NCBI RefSeq assembly: GCF_001194135.2
Contig: NC_068985.1
Span: 436,626 to 500,625 of the forward strand
DNA length: 64,000 nt
Direction: 5' to 3'
From: Octopus bimaculoides
Lineage: Eukaryota
Positions 40,238-54,949 of the stretch are shown piece by piece (the first letter of the stretch is position 1; each line of letters begins with the position of its first letter). The notes beneath the pieces were generated by a model. The model was not told the DNA's origin. It ran no database searches and saw only the letters and a program-made list of their open reading frames with translations. The position numbers and the translations under genes are program-made.

Positions 40238-40277
<40 letters not shown>

Positions 40278-40382
40278 ATTAAATAGATTATCTGGTGATT
40301 AAAATATTCCAACTGTTTGATCAACAGAACTTCAACCTCATTGACTTATCATGTAAGTGGCCAAGTATTCCACAGAAATTTG

Positions 40383-40417
<35 letters not shown>

Positions 40418-40950
40418 CCATCATTTAACATCCGTCTTTCATGTTGATGCTGGTTGGATGGTTTGACTGGAGCTGGCCAGCCAGAGAGCTACCCAGACTC
40501 AAATTGTCCATTTTGGCATGGTTCCAATGGCTGGATGCCCTTTCTAACACCAACCACTTTACAGAGTGCACTGGGTGCTTTTACACAACACCAGCACAAG
40601 TATGCTTACGTGACACTGGCATGGATGCTTTTTGTGTGGTACCAGCACCCATGAGCCTGCAAGATTAGGGATGCTCAGCTGGAGAGGGATGCAGGGGACA
40701 AACCTGTATAATAAGGACAACCATGCTTTTACTTAGCTTGGTGTGTCTTCTCAAACTCAGCAAACTGCCAGGAGTCTTGGTCCTGTCATCCTCTCTGTGA
40801 GTACCAACATCTGTAGACCCTTTCTCACCCTAATTTTGTCCTACATCTTCTTAGGTTTACCCCTTCCTCATGTCCCCTCTACAATTTGAGATTGGCACCT
40901 CTTGATGCAACTGTCTTCATTCGTACAATATAATCCTTGAGCAGGCTGTG
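40383..40950 (-). mobile_element. RTE-type 3' tail repeat
   Basis: (ATC)n followed by the reverse complement of the shared tail. Similar degenerate copies at ~70-290(+), 10265-10410(+), 21430-21620(-), 25230-25420(-), 47050-47200(+) and 62560-62685(+). Confidence 0.7.
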
Positions 40951-43744
40951 TAACAAGGCTTGCTATACAAACTAATATTTATCTTTAGCTTTAATGTAAT
41001 TCTAAATCTGAATGTTGACCAAATATTTGTCAAAGATCTGATAATTCTATCATTTAATAGCCCCCGCCCCACTCACTTCAATATTTGATTAGATTCCAGA
41101 GTTGTGTCAGTTCCCTCTCCTCAACAGGATTATCATTAAATATAATGGTTTTCCTTTCCATTATTTCTTACAATACATATAAACACAAGAATGCAGTATA
41201 ACAAATATCAACACTGACTTTTGGTGAGAATTTCTGTACACAGATGATTTAGTCTTCTGTATAGAATATTAAGAACTCTTATCCACACTGACTTCGTTCT
41301 CATAATCTAATTAGTTAAATGTGAAGCAGAATTGAGAGGTCTAACAAGTAGACCTAGCAAAAACAAACATTTCAGTTGACCGTATGGGAACTGATCATGG
41401 TTAATATGCTTTGTAGTGCAGCCTATGGTTGCACAAAAGGTGAAACGGACTCCCAGATTGGACACTAGAGAAAAAGGATATCGTATACAAAAAATGTACT
41501 GGAGAAGCTGTGAAAGAACTCAAGAAATGAAGTCTTCAATTAAAAATAGTTAACAATTTATTATGAATGTGATCTGACAAGTTGTTGAACATGTGACAGG
41601 TAAAGGAAGTAGATAAATGGAAAAAGTTCAGAGAATCACTACTTTTGATGATTATAAAAATCTCTGTTTAAATGAAATAGAGACGGTATAATAGTTCCGT
41701 ACGATGTCACACGATAGCAAAAACATAGGTGTGAATGCAGAGAATGTGTGAAGGGTGGAAAGATATGAACCAAACATTCTTTGGTGGATGTGTAACATCA
41801 GTGTGCACATATGACAAAGCACAGATGAGAGACAAAAATGGGTATAGAAAATTAAGCTGTAGTGTGCAAGAGATAAGCTCTGTTGGTACAGCTATGTGAT
41901 ATGTATGAAGTGTTTTACAATCCAAGTGAGAAGAAAAGACTGGAGTGTATATATATATGGTGAGGACTGACTTCAGGGTGTAAAATGTAATGTAAGAGGT
42001 GACAAAGTATTGCAACAACTGGTAAGATGCTGTGCAGGATTGAATTTGTCTCATTCCATCAACATTCTAAAACAAGGCTGGTGATGTTGTCATATGATGT
42101 GTTATATAAAGTTGTACACAGCAGTATCCTGTTCAGATGTACAATGTTGTCACTCAGAACAGAGAATAACATTTGGTTAAACAAATTTCCTAAATGATAG
42201 CTACTTTTTTTTTTTTTTTTTTTTGGTTAAGATTCTGTAAGTATGAACAAAAGTAGTCAGTAAAGAAATAAACATAGCAACAGAATGTAGCAGTGGTCAA
42301 ACAACAAACAACTGATTCCTTCATTCACAGAAACATGTTAAATGGTTTAATGAAAGATATTTTTTGTACAGATGTTGTTACAACAATTTCAAAACTTTAA
42401 AGTTCAGTCACTGACCATGTTGTCTAGAATAAAATAATTGATTTTATATAATAGTAATAAGAAGTGATAGTGTAAAGTGTAAAGCAAAATAGTTTGGTAC
42501 ATTTTTGTGTAGTGTATAAAATAGTATGAAATAGTAGAGAAGAAGTTAATAATAAGTTATGGTTCAGTTAAGTAGATAGAAACTATCAATGTTTTGATTA
42601 ATTTTCTTGACCTTAAACATTTATTTAAACTTGGTTTCAGTGAGATATAATTATAAACCTTTCCCTTTCTCTACAGAAAAAAAAAACAAAAAACAAAGAA
42701 AATAAAAACAACGTAAATTTCAAGTAATCAGATGTGTATTGCAAGAAATATTAATTGGTTTGACAGAGATCAAATTTTCAGCACCTTTTGAAAGGTCAAA
42801 TATTTATAATCAAACACAAAGCTAATGTTGTTAACACATAAACAGGTCAGACAGGAAACCAAGGAAAAAAAGATGTATTTTATTTTCCTCACACATTGAG
42901 CAACAGAGATTCTCTTGTACAAGACTGGTTTATTTAACATTTAATAAAAACACAGTATTACACATTACAAATATTAAAGAAAAAAATACTCAACGTGTGG
43001 AAGAAAATAAGCAAATCAATTTACAATCCTGTAAATTGCATTTTTTACTTGAAACATTCTCAGTCAAAATTCAATGCTTTAATTGGCAAATTTAACATAG
43101 AAAGGTAACTAGCCTCTAGAAAATGTAGAAGCCTCGACATTTAATGATGGAGATCCTGGAATGGAAAATACTGTTTTAAGAAACAAGCTTTCCTTCAGTT
43201 TTGTAAATAAATAATAATTATTTCTAATTTAGTGACAAGGTCAGCAAATTTAGGGGTGGAGGGGGCAGTCAGTCAGTATCTCAGACTCTAGTATTAGACT
43301 GACATTTTGTTTTACATCCCTTGGAAAAATGAAAGGCAAAGGTGACTGCAGAGAAATTTGAACTCAAAACATAAAGAACCAGAACAAATACTGCAATCAC
43401 ATTTTTCTGATGTTTAATGATTCTGCAAGCTTGCAATAATGATGATGAAGAAAATTACAAGAATAATAACAGGAATAATAATTTTTACCACAAGCATAAG
43501 GCCTGAAATTTGGGAGGGGGGTGGGTCAATTACATAGACTCCAGCACTCAACTGGTACTTATTTCATTGACCCCCCCCCCCAAAAAAAAAGGACGAACGG
43601 TAAAGACAAGCTTTGTGGAATTTGAATTTAATCCATAAAGATGGCTGAAATACTGCTAAACATTTTGCTTGGTGTGCTAACAATTTGGTTAGCTGACCAG
43701 CTTCATAATGATAATATGGATTTTGTAAATCTATGTATTACATG

Positions 43745-43781
<37 letters not shown>

Positions 43782-45130
43782 CACACACATATACCATTTT
43801 AATGTTTACTATCCAATGCTTGCATATGTCTTGAAGAAATTTGTTGAGGCTGATTTTCTATAGCTTGATGCTCTTCCTTTCATCAATCCTCACCTATTTC
43901 CAAGCAAGATAATATTTCTGCTAGGCTGGACATGTTTTTCATGGAAGATGGTAAACAAATGACATTGTATCTGTATGAGAAGTGATTTAGTTTACAAGAG
44001 GCTTCTTTTAGTTTCGTTTCTACAAAATTCACTCTTAAGGTATTATTTTTATTCAAGTGAGGATTATAATAGGAAGCACTTGCCTAAGGTGCACACTGTG
44101 GGTCTGAACCAGAAACAATGTAGTTTCTGGCTGCATGCTCTTCTCTCCCTCTCTCTCATATATACATCAGGTGCAGCCATGTTCAGGTTTGAAGCATGTG
44201 ATTGAGAGTTCAAACCCACTGCATAAAAGCTATTGGCTGTTGTTCTCTGCTACATTTGCAGCTTGATCAATACGTTGTGGGGGAAATTACTAGACAGAAA
44301 CTGAAGAAGGTCTTCGTATACCATCATCACTATTTTCACTTCCACTTTTTTATGCTTCACCTGTTTCCAATGAGGCAAATCTTTTCCCCCCATGGCCAGA
44401 CATGTTTATCCAGAAGATTGGAAATGAATCACTCAGTGTATATCATAGAGACAACCGATTACAACTTTCGTGTGATGTCAAAATAGATAAGCAATTCCTT
44501 TTTATAGAATTCGCTACATTTCTATATCTACAGATCACTGCCTTTTAATATCTTTTTATCAAATTGCAAAAGCATTATGCAGTATTCTATAATCTTCTTC
44601 TCTTCACTAGACATCCGCACTTGCATAAGAAAGAGATACCTGATCTATTTCTTATAGAGTACCTGTTTTATGAGAGAATGCAAATAATTATGATTTTAGT
44701 AGAAACATACAGTATGTTGCCAAACATGATTACAATAGCTAGATGCAATCATAGTGTGTCTCCCACCCATGTTATATGGACAAAACGCTGTGTATGTTGA
44801 TGTTAAAATCTGTCTATCAAATCATAAATGCATTATGACTACCTAATAACTATGACACGATAAAACCAGGAGAAAGAGCTGCAGGACATAGAGTTATCAT
44901 ATAAATCACAATATCTTTCTTAACATTAACTTTTGTAACACCTTTCATTATTTAAAAATTCATTTTAATTTACTTTATCTTTTGTTGCCCCTATATTTTA
45001 TTTTCAATTTAATTTTAGTTTATTTCCCTTTATTCCTTGTTAATTATTGTTAATAATCCCAATGGTAGATTTTAATCTTAATTCATTCTTTTTTCTTTTA
45101 GTTTTGCACTGCATCACAACAAAGGAAGTA

Positions 45131-45640
45131 CAGGGTGACCCCGCCAAGAAAAACAGAACCCATGAAGATTTTATTAAATCCTACAAACTTCGGTCTGGGT
45201 ACGATCATTCCTTTTGTTTAAAAGTCATATTCTTTCCAAAATATGCTCCACATGGCCTTCGTGGCGTTGAGGCACACTTGCATCTGTCACACAAAGTTGT
45301 TAATTACTTGAACACATTCCACTTTGGGAGTTTCCCTGATTTCTGTTGTGACTGGTGCCTTCAGTTCACCAGTTGTTCTGGTAAATGTTGTCCTTGAGAT
45401 ACCCCCAAAAAATAAAAATCTGAGGGGGTTCAAGTCCAGTGAATGCAGTGCCCACTTAACGTCACACTTCCTGCTGATCAGTCTCTCCTGAAATCGCTCT
45501 CTCAGCCAGGTCAGGGAGTCAATTGATGTGTGGTGGTGGGGGTTGGCCCTGTCTTGCTGGAACCACTGTTCATCTCGATCTATCGCTCTGCGTCGTTTTA
45601 CTCAAAGATTTGTGGGTTCTGTTTTTTTGGGGTCACCCTG
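45131..45640 (-). mobile_element. Internally deleted Tc1/mariner-superfamily element
   Basis: TIRs CAGGGTGACCCC...AAAAACAGAACCCA at both ends, TA TSD at 45129-30 and 45641-42. The interior retains a degenerate transposase C-terminus on the minus strand (SPDLNP-like region followed by GYLKDNIY, ending GHVEHIL). Confidence 0.85.
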
Positions 45641-47636
45641 TAGTTAACATAAAACCCTTAGATGATTATTTCCCTCACACATCCCTGTGTGAATAACTAC
45701 ATCAATGATATCAAAGTCATGTTCTATATGACATCTCAACTTACACTCTCATTAACTTAAATGCTAGTGTGTCATTTGTGATTTAAATTCTGGTTACAAA
45801 ATTGCTGATCTCCAACAACATGAAACTTTAGGTACCAGAATGGTAACAATAATTATGTTAAAATGAGCAAGAAAATGTGACAGGGGATGTTGTTGTCAAT
45901 ACCTTCTGTCAACAAGTCATCTGAGCATTTTATGCCTTTAAAAACCATGTGGAATATGTGATCCCTTACTTGAAAAACAGGTATAAGTTAGCGCCAAGAA
46001 GAGCATCGAGTCACAAGATATTTCCATTGTATAGTGAAAGTTTTGTTAAAAAATAATATTCTGAAGTGAGGGACAATTTAAATTATTCTAGATTTGAAGC
46101 TTGGAAAATCAATGGCCAACTTAGAAACAATTTAGCTTATTTTCTACTGGAGGCAATAGTTTAAACAATAGTCCTTTGAGCTTTTTATGTTTTAGCTTTT
46201 ATCATTGTTTTATTCACTTGATCTATCCATTGTCTAATTAATAAGTGACAGTAAAATCATTGAGTCTGACACAAAGAAAGTGGCAGTTAGTAGAGTCAAT
46301 TTAAGAAATTATGTAAATACAATAAAATAAAATAAAATAAAATTCATACATGATGAAAAGTTAAAAACAAAATAAGACATTTATCAGTAATTTTATAATT
46401 TTGACTGAAATTATTCTAGATCCCCATCAAAGTCTATTTTACATGAATGTGTAATTATTTGACAATTTTCTTTTCCATGTTGATGAAATTATGAAGTTGT
46501 ATAATACACCTTCATGGAAGTTGGCTTTCCTTTTCTTTGCATCTGAATTTACTAAAGATTTCTTTTGGGAAATGTCAAATTTAAAGAATTTGAAATATTG
46601 TCATGTTTTAATCAGTTATTACAAGTATTTGATGCTATTTCTGTTCACCTCTTTGAAATGAAGAAGTGAGGAAGACTTTCTGAGAGTATTTGCCATTCTG
46701 TATGAATTGTCAATGAGATAAGTCAAGCTTCTGAGTTGTTTAGGGCTCCAGGAGGGGTTTAGAAAAGAAGTGACTGCGATAAGATGACATGTCTATCTAA
46801 AATATATTATTAGTGAAGTAAAGGAAATGATTACAATCAGGATTTAGAGTGAAATAATCTACCTGCCTAGACATATATGGATCAGGTTGAGTAAAAAGTA
46901 AGCAACATTTTGAACCATGAAGAATTTGTACCAGATTTTTTCAGAGTTTTGTCCCTCTGTCACACTCTAACTTCTCCTCACCTGGTACAAGGTGACCCCC
47001 TGCCTCCATCTCAAATGATCTTTGTCTTGCAAGTTACTTGGTGACCCCCCACCAGTGCTGGTGCCACATAAAAAGCATCCAGTCCCCTCTGTAACACAGC
47101 TGGCATCAAGAAGAGCATCCAGCTGTAAAAACCATGCTAAAGCAGACATGGTCAACTTCTGTCAAACTCTCCAACCCATGCCAGCATGGAAAACAGACAT
47201 ACAAAATGTGGGTGTGTTATTGGTTGCATGTTTGTATGTATGCATGTGCATGTGAGAGCGTGTGTGACTGCTACATATGTGTGCATGTGCAAATATATTT
47301 GGGGCGCAAGTATGGATGTGTGTGTGTGTGTGTGTGCATGTGTGTATATATACTTCTGTTATTTATGTTTGCAAGTGTGATAGATGGACGCTGCTGTGGC
47401 AGATGTGGTATTTATGTATATGAAGGAGATGCATGAGAGTGTATACATGTGAGTGTGTAGGTGTGTCTGTAAGTGTTCATGTTTGTGGATGTGTGTGTGT
47501 GTGTATGTATGTGCATGTGTGCACACATAGATACTTGTGTGAGTGTGTTTATATGCGTTTATTTAAGTGCATGCATGGGCACACACACACACATCCATAT
47601 ATGGAGATAGATAGATAAATAGATAGATTTATTTAC

Positions 47637-47820
47637 TTAACTAAAACAGGGCATTCAGTAATAAGGTTGAGTCCAAAATATAACATCAAATAAGGTTGTT
47701 CATCCTTTAGTCTCAGTCCATCTGACCCAGAGCAGGTTGCAGAACATTTGCTGAAAATTTCTGAGATGCTCTCATACAGGATTGTGTGATCCTTTAGCCA
47801 TAGGCTCAGCTGATAGGGAG
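47637..47820 (-). CDS. Candidate coding exon (APYQLSLWLKDHTILYESISEIFSKC...TECPVLV)
   Basis: 184-nt open frame in non-repetitive sequence, acceptor gatttttag, moderate donor AA|GTAAAT, phase-compatible with 48064-48108. Confidence 0.3.
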
Positions 47821-48063
47821 CTAAAAATCTCTTCAATACAAAGACACAAGGTTTTCCTACAACTATCATCATCATCAGCTTCGTCCTTACACTGTAACAA
47901 CATCAGCTGTCAACTACGGTTTGTTACAAAAACACACACACAAACAATTTATTGTTGCACAAACCTTGCTATTAACATTTTACCCAAGCATTTTACTGAG
48001 TTTGTAGAAACTCAGTTTAGTTTTTAATAAACGTAATGTTTTTGTCTGTTGTAAAAGACTCAC

Positions 48064-48108
48064 CTTGGTTTCTTTTATTAAATGCTTTCAACATATACAA
48101 TATTCTTC
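48064..48108 (-). CDS. Candidate exon (G-RILYMLKAFNKRNQ), possibly carrying the ATG at 48094
   Basis: Acceptor atattttacag, donor AAG|GTGAGT, 45 nt, only phase 1 is open. Confidence 0.4.
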
Positions 48109-49849
48109 CTGTAAAATATTCTAACATCAAACAGTAATTCTACCATACAAGTTATTACTTTACACTCGTCAATGACTATGGGAGAAGAATGGATTGGACT
48201 AGATTGAAAAAATGAAAAATAAGGTATTTATTTTTTATTTTAGCTTTGAAAGATAGAATAACATTGGCTGAATCTAATGGCTACCTCACACTTCGAAAAC
48301 CAAAAAATAAGTAAACTGTGAACAAAAACAAACTAAATCACTAAACAACCGTGAAAACATTCTGTCAATTCAATAACTGTAGTCGCGTTTATTTGTTTCT
48401 AACATTACAACTTAAGCCGGAGATTTTTTGTGAGAATACTTCAAAGCTACTATTACCAAATCTCTTTGGTTCAAAAGAACTACAAAAAAGTAATTTCTTT
48501 TCAAAACACTAAAATAATTACGGATTTATTAATTCGAAATTACATTCTAGTTTACACAGCCAGACATGTTAATCAACAGGAATACAGAATGAACACCAAA
48601 ATCAAAACCAATTTTGGCAATCAGTTTAGCAATGGTTTAAATAACAGAACTCAGTGCATCTATCAAAATCCTTCCCCTTCCCAAGAACTGTATATGATCC
48701 AGTTTAATATGATTCTCTATTAAATCTGACGCCAAATGTATTGACAAGGAATATAACGCCTCCTTCCCCACCAATTAATGGCAAAAGAAAGAAACTAAAA
48801 GCACTTTCCATTCACTTTGTTGGTAAGTAGGTCTAGAGTTGGGAAAATTCTAAAACTAACTACAAGATGATGTATCATTCGAAACATATGTTTAGCTCAG
48901 AACATAAAAAAATAACACTTGGTCAAATAAATTCTTTCTTTAAAAGATTTTCAGTGGGGGAGGAGGTGTTGTACGCCTGAATAAATAATGTTACAAAGAA
49001 TCTTCATTGAATATTTCACCAAGACTAAACTAATTTAAGGAAAACAAACAGGGAAACATTTGGGAACTTCCACAAGTTATTTATTTAGAAGTGACACATT
49101 GTGTAAAATATAGGTGTAGATTGTATGGAAAAACCACTGTATGTATGTGTATGATATCAATACGTCAGTTCATGTGTTAGTATAACTTTACTTAGATCTA
49201 TGTGTATGTAATGTGAATTGTCATATGAACCTATTGTGGGGAATGCATGTCATATCATCTGTTTTATATTCTTTCACTATATGTATTTGAATAAATTCAT
49301 ATGCATGTATGCGGTTTTATGTGTGATTTATGACCATGCAGTGCTATTATGAAGCAGTATTGTAAAACAAGATGAGAATCGTTAACTGGGAAAGTTAAAT
49401 GAGCAGAAGAAGATAGAAGACAGACAAGTATACGAAAGAGACTGAGAGAAGAGAGAGCTTTAGTGATGGACATTGAGATATTCTGTAAACTTACAATATG
49501 TCTGACGCTTAAAAACCATGAAAAAGAAAAACATACTCTCTAGGTGAATGAATATATATTGGCAGATTACCAGAGACAGCAAGTTTAATATTATTTGACC
49601 ATGTTAACATGCACGCATACATACATGCACACACACATAGACACACACACATACATACAAGTTAATGTCACGCACATATCTTTTTGCTGATGAACCAAAG
49701 CTATATTCTGGTAATGCAATCAACATCCAGAGACAGAAATAGTCACAACATTCTCATGAGTTACAGGAATGCAGTTTGGGCCAGACAAAAGCTTGTACAT
49801 GATAGTCAACCAAGGAAATACTGTCAACCAGGCAGAAAACATGTACATC

Positions 49850-50600
49850 AACAGCTTGTCTCCCTCCATTATCTCTAAAGATGAAAGCACCTTGGAATTG
49901 ATGAGACTGCTGCATACATTGGTGCTATAACTAAAACCAGAATAACAAAAGAGTGCTTCTGTAGACTCCAGAAAATATGGAACTCAGAGCTTTCCTACAT
50001 TTGACAAGACTTAAGTCTCACAATGCTTTTGCAGTACCAGTGCTAGTTTGAGATATTGGACTGGACACTCAATGAGACACACAGCCTGGACATCAAAACC
50101 AGAAAGGTACTGACCACCACTGGCAATTTCCACATTACCAGCAACACCAATAGGATTCATGTGAGTTGAAGTGATTGTTGGTAGAGGCATAAGGTCAGTC
50201 CAAACAGCCTTTAGATGCTGCAGTGCATCACTTAGACAACACCTGCTGAGCAGGAAAGAAAGAAATGAGTACATTCCATGCATACTCGAAAGTGGGAGCA
50301 ACAACATCTTCAGAGTTGGAGAAGAACTACTGAGCAAGTACTCTGAGAATATAACTGTCTGGTGGAACCCAAAGGAGGCTGGACTGGTCGACCTAAACAG
50401 AAGCTTGGGGGAGAAGCAGGTACCATACCAGCGAAAAGCAATGCATGCGTACAGAACCTGTAAGCTATGGAGAATGCTGACAAGTATTGAAATAAAAGGA
50501 AGAGAGTAGGCTGGGAGAAAGAGCAATAAAAAGCCTCTTGCTGGTTATGGAGTAAAAGAAAGGAACTAAATTGGAATCCATGAGAGGAATATGGGTAGTG
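49850..50600 (+). mobile_element. R4/Dong-type LINE fragment (RT C-terminal region)
   Basis: Degenerate translation ILDWTLNETHSLDIKTRKVLTTTGNFH...GRGIRSVQTAF, resembling the post-RT region of R4/Dong elements. Confidence 0.7.
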
Positions 50601-51237
50601 ATTTGGCTATCCCCGCTGAACCACTAACAGCAGATCAATGTGTTTCAGGTCCAAATCACTAAAGGATTATTGGACATTCTGTGATGATATCAATTCCTCT
50701 TAGTTAAGGCAACAATCACCAAAGGTGAATTGGACAAGTAACATCCTTTCGATAGAATTATTCTGTCTTTATATATGTGTGTATGTGTGTATGTTAAATA
50801 TAACAAGTAAAAGAACGATTGAATGTAGATGTTCTCTGTGTATACTACTTAAGTTTTAAATAAATATTTTAGGTTACATTCTAATGAAATTGAAAATTTC
50901 TGACTGCTGTATCAGTTGAAATCTCAATTATCACCAACCAATAACATCACCATCATTATTATATTGCCATCTTTGTCTGCCACATGTCTTTTGTCACCAA
51001 TTCAACCATTTATAATCTTCCTCTCTCCCCACTTCTCTCTATTCCTCTCTCTCTCCTCCTTCTCTCTCTCACTTCCCCTTCTCCAAAAGACCCATCACTT
51101 TGACAAATATAGGAGTACGTCTTCATAAATGAAACATTTCCCGTACTAAATAGGAAATACCCATACAAGGTAGCGATACTCCAATACCCACAGAATATAC
51201 ATATTTAGGTACATTTGCTAGTAGGCTGTTATGTAGG

Positions 51238-51240
<3 letters not shown>

Positions 51241-51305
<65 letters not shown>

Positions 51306-51720
51306 AGTGGAAGGATATGTAGAAAAACAGATAGATATATAGGTAAATAGATAGATAGTTACATATGTAATATGGACAGACAAGCACGCACACACACACA
51401 CACACACACACACAAGGAGATGGAAACGCATGACCATATACACACTCCACACACATGCTTACACACAGACACATATGGAGACACACATCCATGCATACGT
51501 ACACACACATACACACACACAACAACATGCATGCATACATACATACATTCGTATATACATACATACATATATACATACATACACCCACACATACATACAT
51601 TTGTACGTACATACATACATTTGTACGTTCATACATACATACATACATTCTTCGTAAATACATATGTGCATACAGAAGCACAGATGCATGCTGACAGCAA
51701 CACATGCACACAAATAGACA
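51241..51720. repeat. Microsatellite block (TA)n, (CA)n, (CATA)n
   Basis: Read directly. Source of many spurious ORFs in the track. Confidence 0.9.
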
Positions 51721-52616
51721 AAAGGAATGGAGTTCTGATAAAGGACAAGGTCAACTTCCATTGACAAGTTTGCAAAAGCAACGAAAATTTTGGAAAAGAA
51801 AAATTATAAATAATAAATTAGTGGAAATCAAACCATGAGTGTGTTAGATATTAAGACAGTATGACTCACACAGCAAAATTTGTTTCAACACACAAATTCA
51901 CATAAAGAATCAAGCAACCACATACAAAAACGAAATATATATATATAGATGTTTAGTAAATATAACACCTTTATTACCCAAATACTAATGAAGGCCATCC
52001 ATGAATTAGAGTAGATGAGACCAAAGACAAGAGTAAGCAATCTGAACAGAATCCTACAGATAGTCTCATGAAGGAAAACAGGGTTTGCAAATGAAAGGCA
52101 AAAACACATGTATTTGTACTTTATCCAATGTATATCAAAACATGTCTCTGGAAAAAAGAACTTGGTGATAAGGATGATGTTTCAATTGTGACAGAAGTTG
52201 AAGCCTGTAATTAACAGAGACGTTCAGACCTTTTCTTTTGGACACAGGAATATTTAAATATTGCCACAGTTTGAAAAGAAATCAACTCAGCAGTGTAAAT
52301 TTTGACTTGCAGAAATGGAGGAAAATAGTACAAGAAACAGTAATTAGAACTTAATGTAAAATGGATGGTTTGTTGCCATTGAATTTTTCAATGAAGACTT
52401 TAGTTTGATGTGTGTCAGGATGGTGTTGGTAAGAGTTTGTTGATGTTTAGTATTATACAGAGTTGAGTAACTAAGTTGAAGTAGCCTTATCATTCTAATT
52501 AACAGCTCTAAATTATAGTATTTTATGTTTTTAATCAGCAACTAATATGTGTATTAATGTATGTGTGTGTGTATATATATATATATATTTATATATATGC
52601 ATACTATGTATGAATG

Positions 52617-52654
<38 letters not shown>

Positions 52655-52679
52655 TACTATGTATANNNNNNNNNNNNNN

Positions 52680-52724
<45 letters not shown>

Positions 52725-54454
52725 CATACATATATATATATGCATACTATGTATATATTTGTAGCGTGTGTGTGTGTGTATGTATACATATATAGTTACA
52801 GATAGATGTATACACACACATACTTTGACAAGCATAATCACAAGCTACAAATAATCACATACACCTGGTAAGTTATACACCCACATACAGGACTGCATTG
52901 AAGTATACACGTGCAGGTGTATACACTTACCAATGAGTTAATTAAGCAGAAATAATTTGTAATGAACACAACAGGAATTGATTATTGATATATCGGCAGA
53001 AAATTGTGGTGCATTTGAAGGAGTTGACTGGCGTAGAAGAGACAGAAGAACTAATTAATCGATAAATCAAATTAGTTCAATATAAAAATATTGAGTTGAA
53101 ATATGATTAGCAATTTGTAACAGATGAGTTGATATGTGTTGCATGTATAGGGAGAGAAAAAGTATTTGGGATAGAACAGCAATAATCTCTGGTATCAGAA
53201 CAATTTAATCCACACGGTTGTGGATAGCAGTGAGAAAAATTGATACTAATGCAATGTTAGATATTTAGATCTATCCATGTCAATGTGGATGAATGATTGT
53301 TAAGCCATTGGCGATGGTGGTGATGAGTTAGTGTTGACTTTTTATTTCATTAAAATTTACATTATATCAGACAGTTTTATACAATTATGGAAGCTAATAC
53401 AATATTACACTAGTTGAAGTTTATTTCAACCAACAGCAGTATTTGTTGGTGTGAAGAGATTAGAAGAGTGAAACGGGTGTGGCCCAGAAGCAGAATGCAC
53501 TTACAGTCTAGCTTAGTGTCTGGGGTGATGCATTAAAAGCCAATTCCTGGTGCTATTAGAATGTCTTCTTCTCACCCTTTTAAAGCCTAGCCAGGCCCGA
53601 TTTCCCGGTTTCTATGGCATATGGACAGGACGCCAGTTCATTGCAGCATTACTCAAGAAACAGGAAGAAAGAGTGAGAGAAAGTTGGGATAAAAGAGTAC
53701 GACAGCTCTTTTACTGATTCCACTATCCACTAGTCATGAGAAGGATTTTTAGCATAAGCACAAGGACTCAAATATTGGTGAGGAAACAATTTCAATGATC
53801 TCAGTACTTGACAAGCTCTTCATCAATTCTAGAAGGATGAAAGACAAGATTTACTGTTGTGGTATTTGAATTCAGAATATAAAAGCATAGAAGTGAATAT
53901 ACCAGAAGGCCTTTTGTTTGCTGTTCAATGAATTCTGTCATTTCCTGTCCTCACTAACTTTAATTGTGATTTTCATCAGAAGCAAAAAGCCATAAATTTA
54001 GGGAAGGGTGTAAGGTGACTGGTTGTACTTATTTTATGGAAGCCAGAAAGAGGACAATGTTGACCCTGATAGGATTTGAACTCAGAACATAATCAGATAT
54101 AACAAAGCAATTTACCCAATGCTCTACTAAATTTACCATTATTCAACTATGATATCAATTAGAATCAATATCAATAAAACAATGATTTCAAAAATTATAA
54201 AAATTATAAAAAAATTCTCACATTAGCAAAAGGTGAAATGTTTTCAGTACAGAAGAGTATAACACAATACATAAATCCTTATATATATACCTAATACTTA
54301 TTCTATCTGCAATCAGAAGGATGGGGGGGGGGGGATCTATTTGAATATAAAACCTGTAGAGAGGATGAAAATTAAGATATTGCATAGTTTGTCAGATGCT
54401 ATTCAGTATCTGAATTTACACTTTTTTTATGCATAAAATCAATAATAATAATAA

Positions 54455-54495
<41 letters not shown>

Positions 54496-54949
54496 ATTAC
54501 TACCAAATTTCAATACAGACAAAATAATGTTAACTAACTCTTTCAGTTAGTGTAAATGGTGAACAATAACTCACTCATAATCTTCACAGTCAAGAAAGAA
54601 GTTGGTTTCGCCTTCTCAGCATTCAGTCGTTTAAATATATATATATATAGTGATGTAATTAAGTTTATAATGGAAGTCACTTCTTGTAATCAATTTGGGA
54701 AGATGCCTTTTGATAATATGTAATAATGGCTGATAGCACTAACCATTAACACAAATTCACCTGTGTGTGTGTGTGTGTTGGTGTTGGTGTTTCAATAAAC
54801 TTTTTATAACATGTTAGTAACTTCTACCTGATATCTTCATATTCTAGCTCAGCTGTGCAAATAAATATTGCCTCTCAGATGCACACAGACAATGTTTATT
54901 TATCATTAAATAGAGTCTATGTACCTATAAACAAGTCATAAGAAGCTGA

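Noticed and set aside
48430-48723. 97-aa Asn/Gln-rich ORF
   Set aside because: It starts at GTG, has no recognisable motif, and is out of frame with the downstream donor-ending stretch.
49495-49507. 13-nt minus-strand microexon candidate, and a 9-nt one at 57916-57924
   Set aside because: The 13-nt one creates a TGA when joined to the next candidate exon. Such motif pairs are expected by chance in AT-rich DNA.
51123-51767. Cluster of CV/YI/HT-rich ORFs (also 707-1510, 13561-14136, 37786-38430, 52547-52841, 60204-60769)
   Set aside because: Translations of dinucleotide and tetranucleotide microsatellites or N-gaps.
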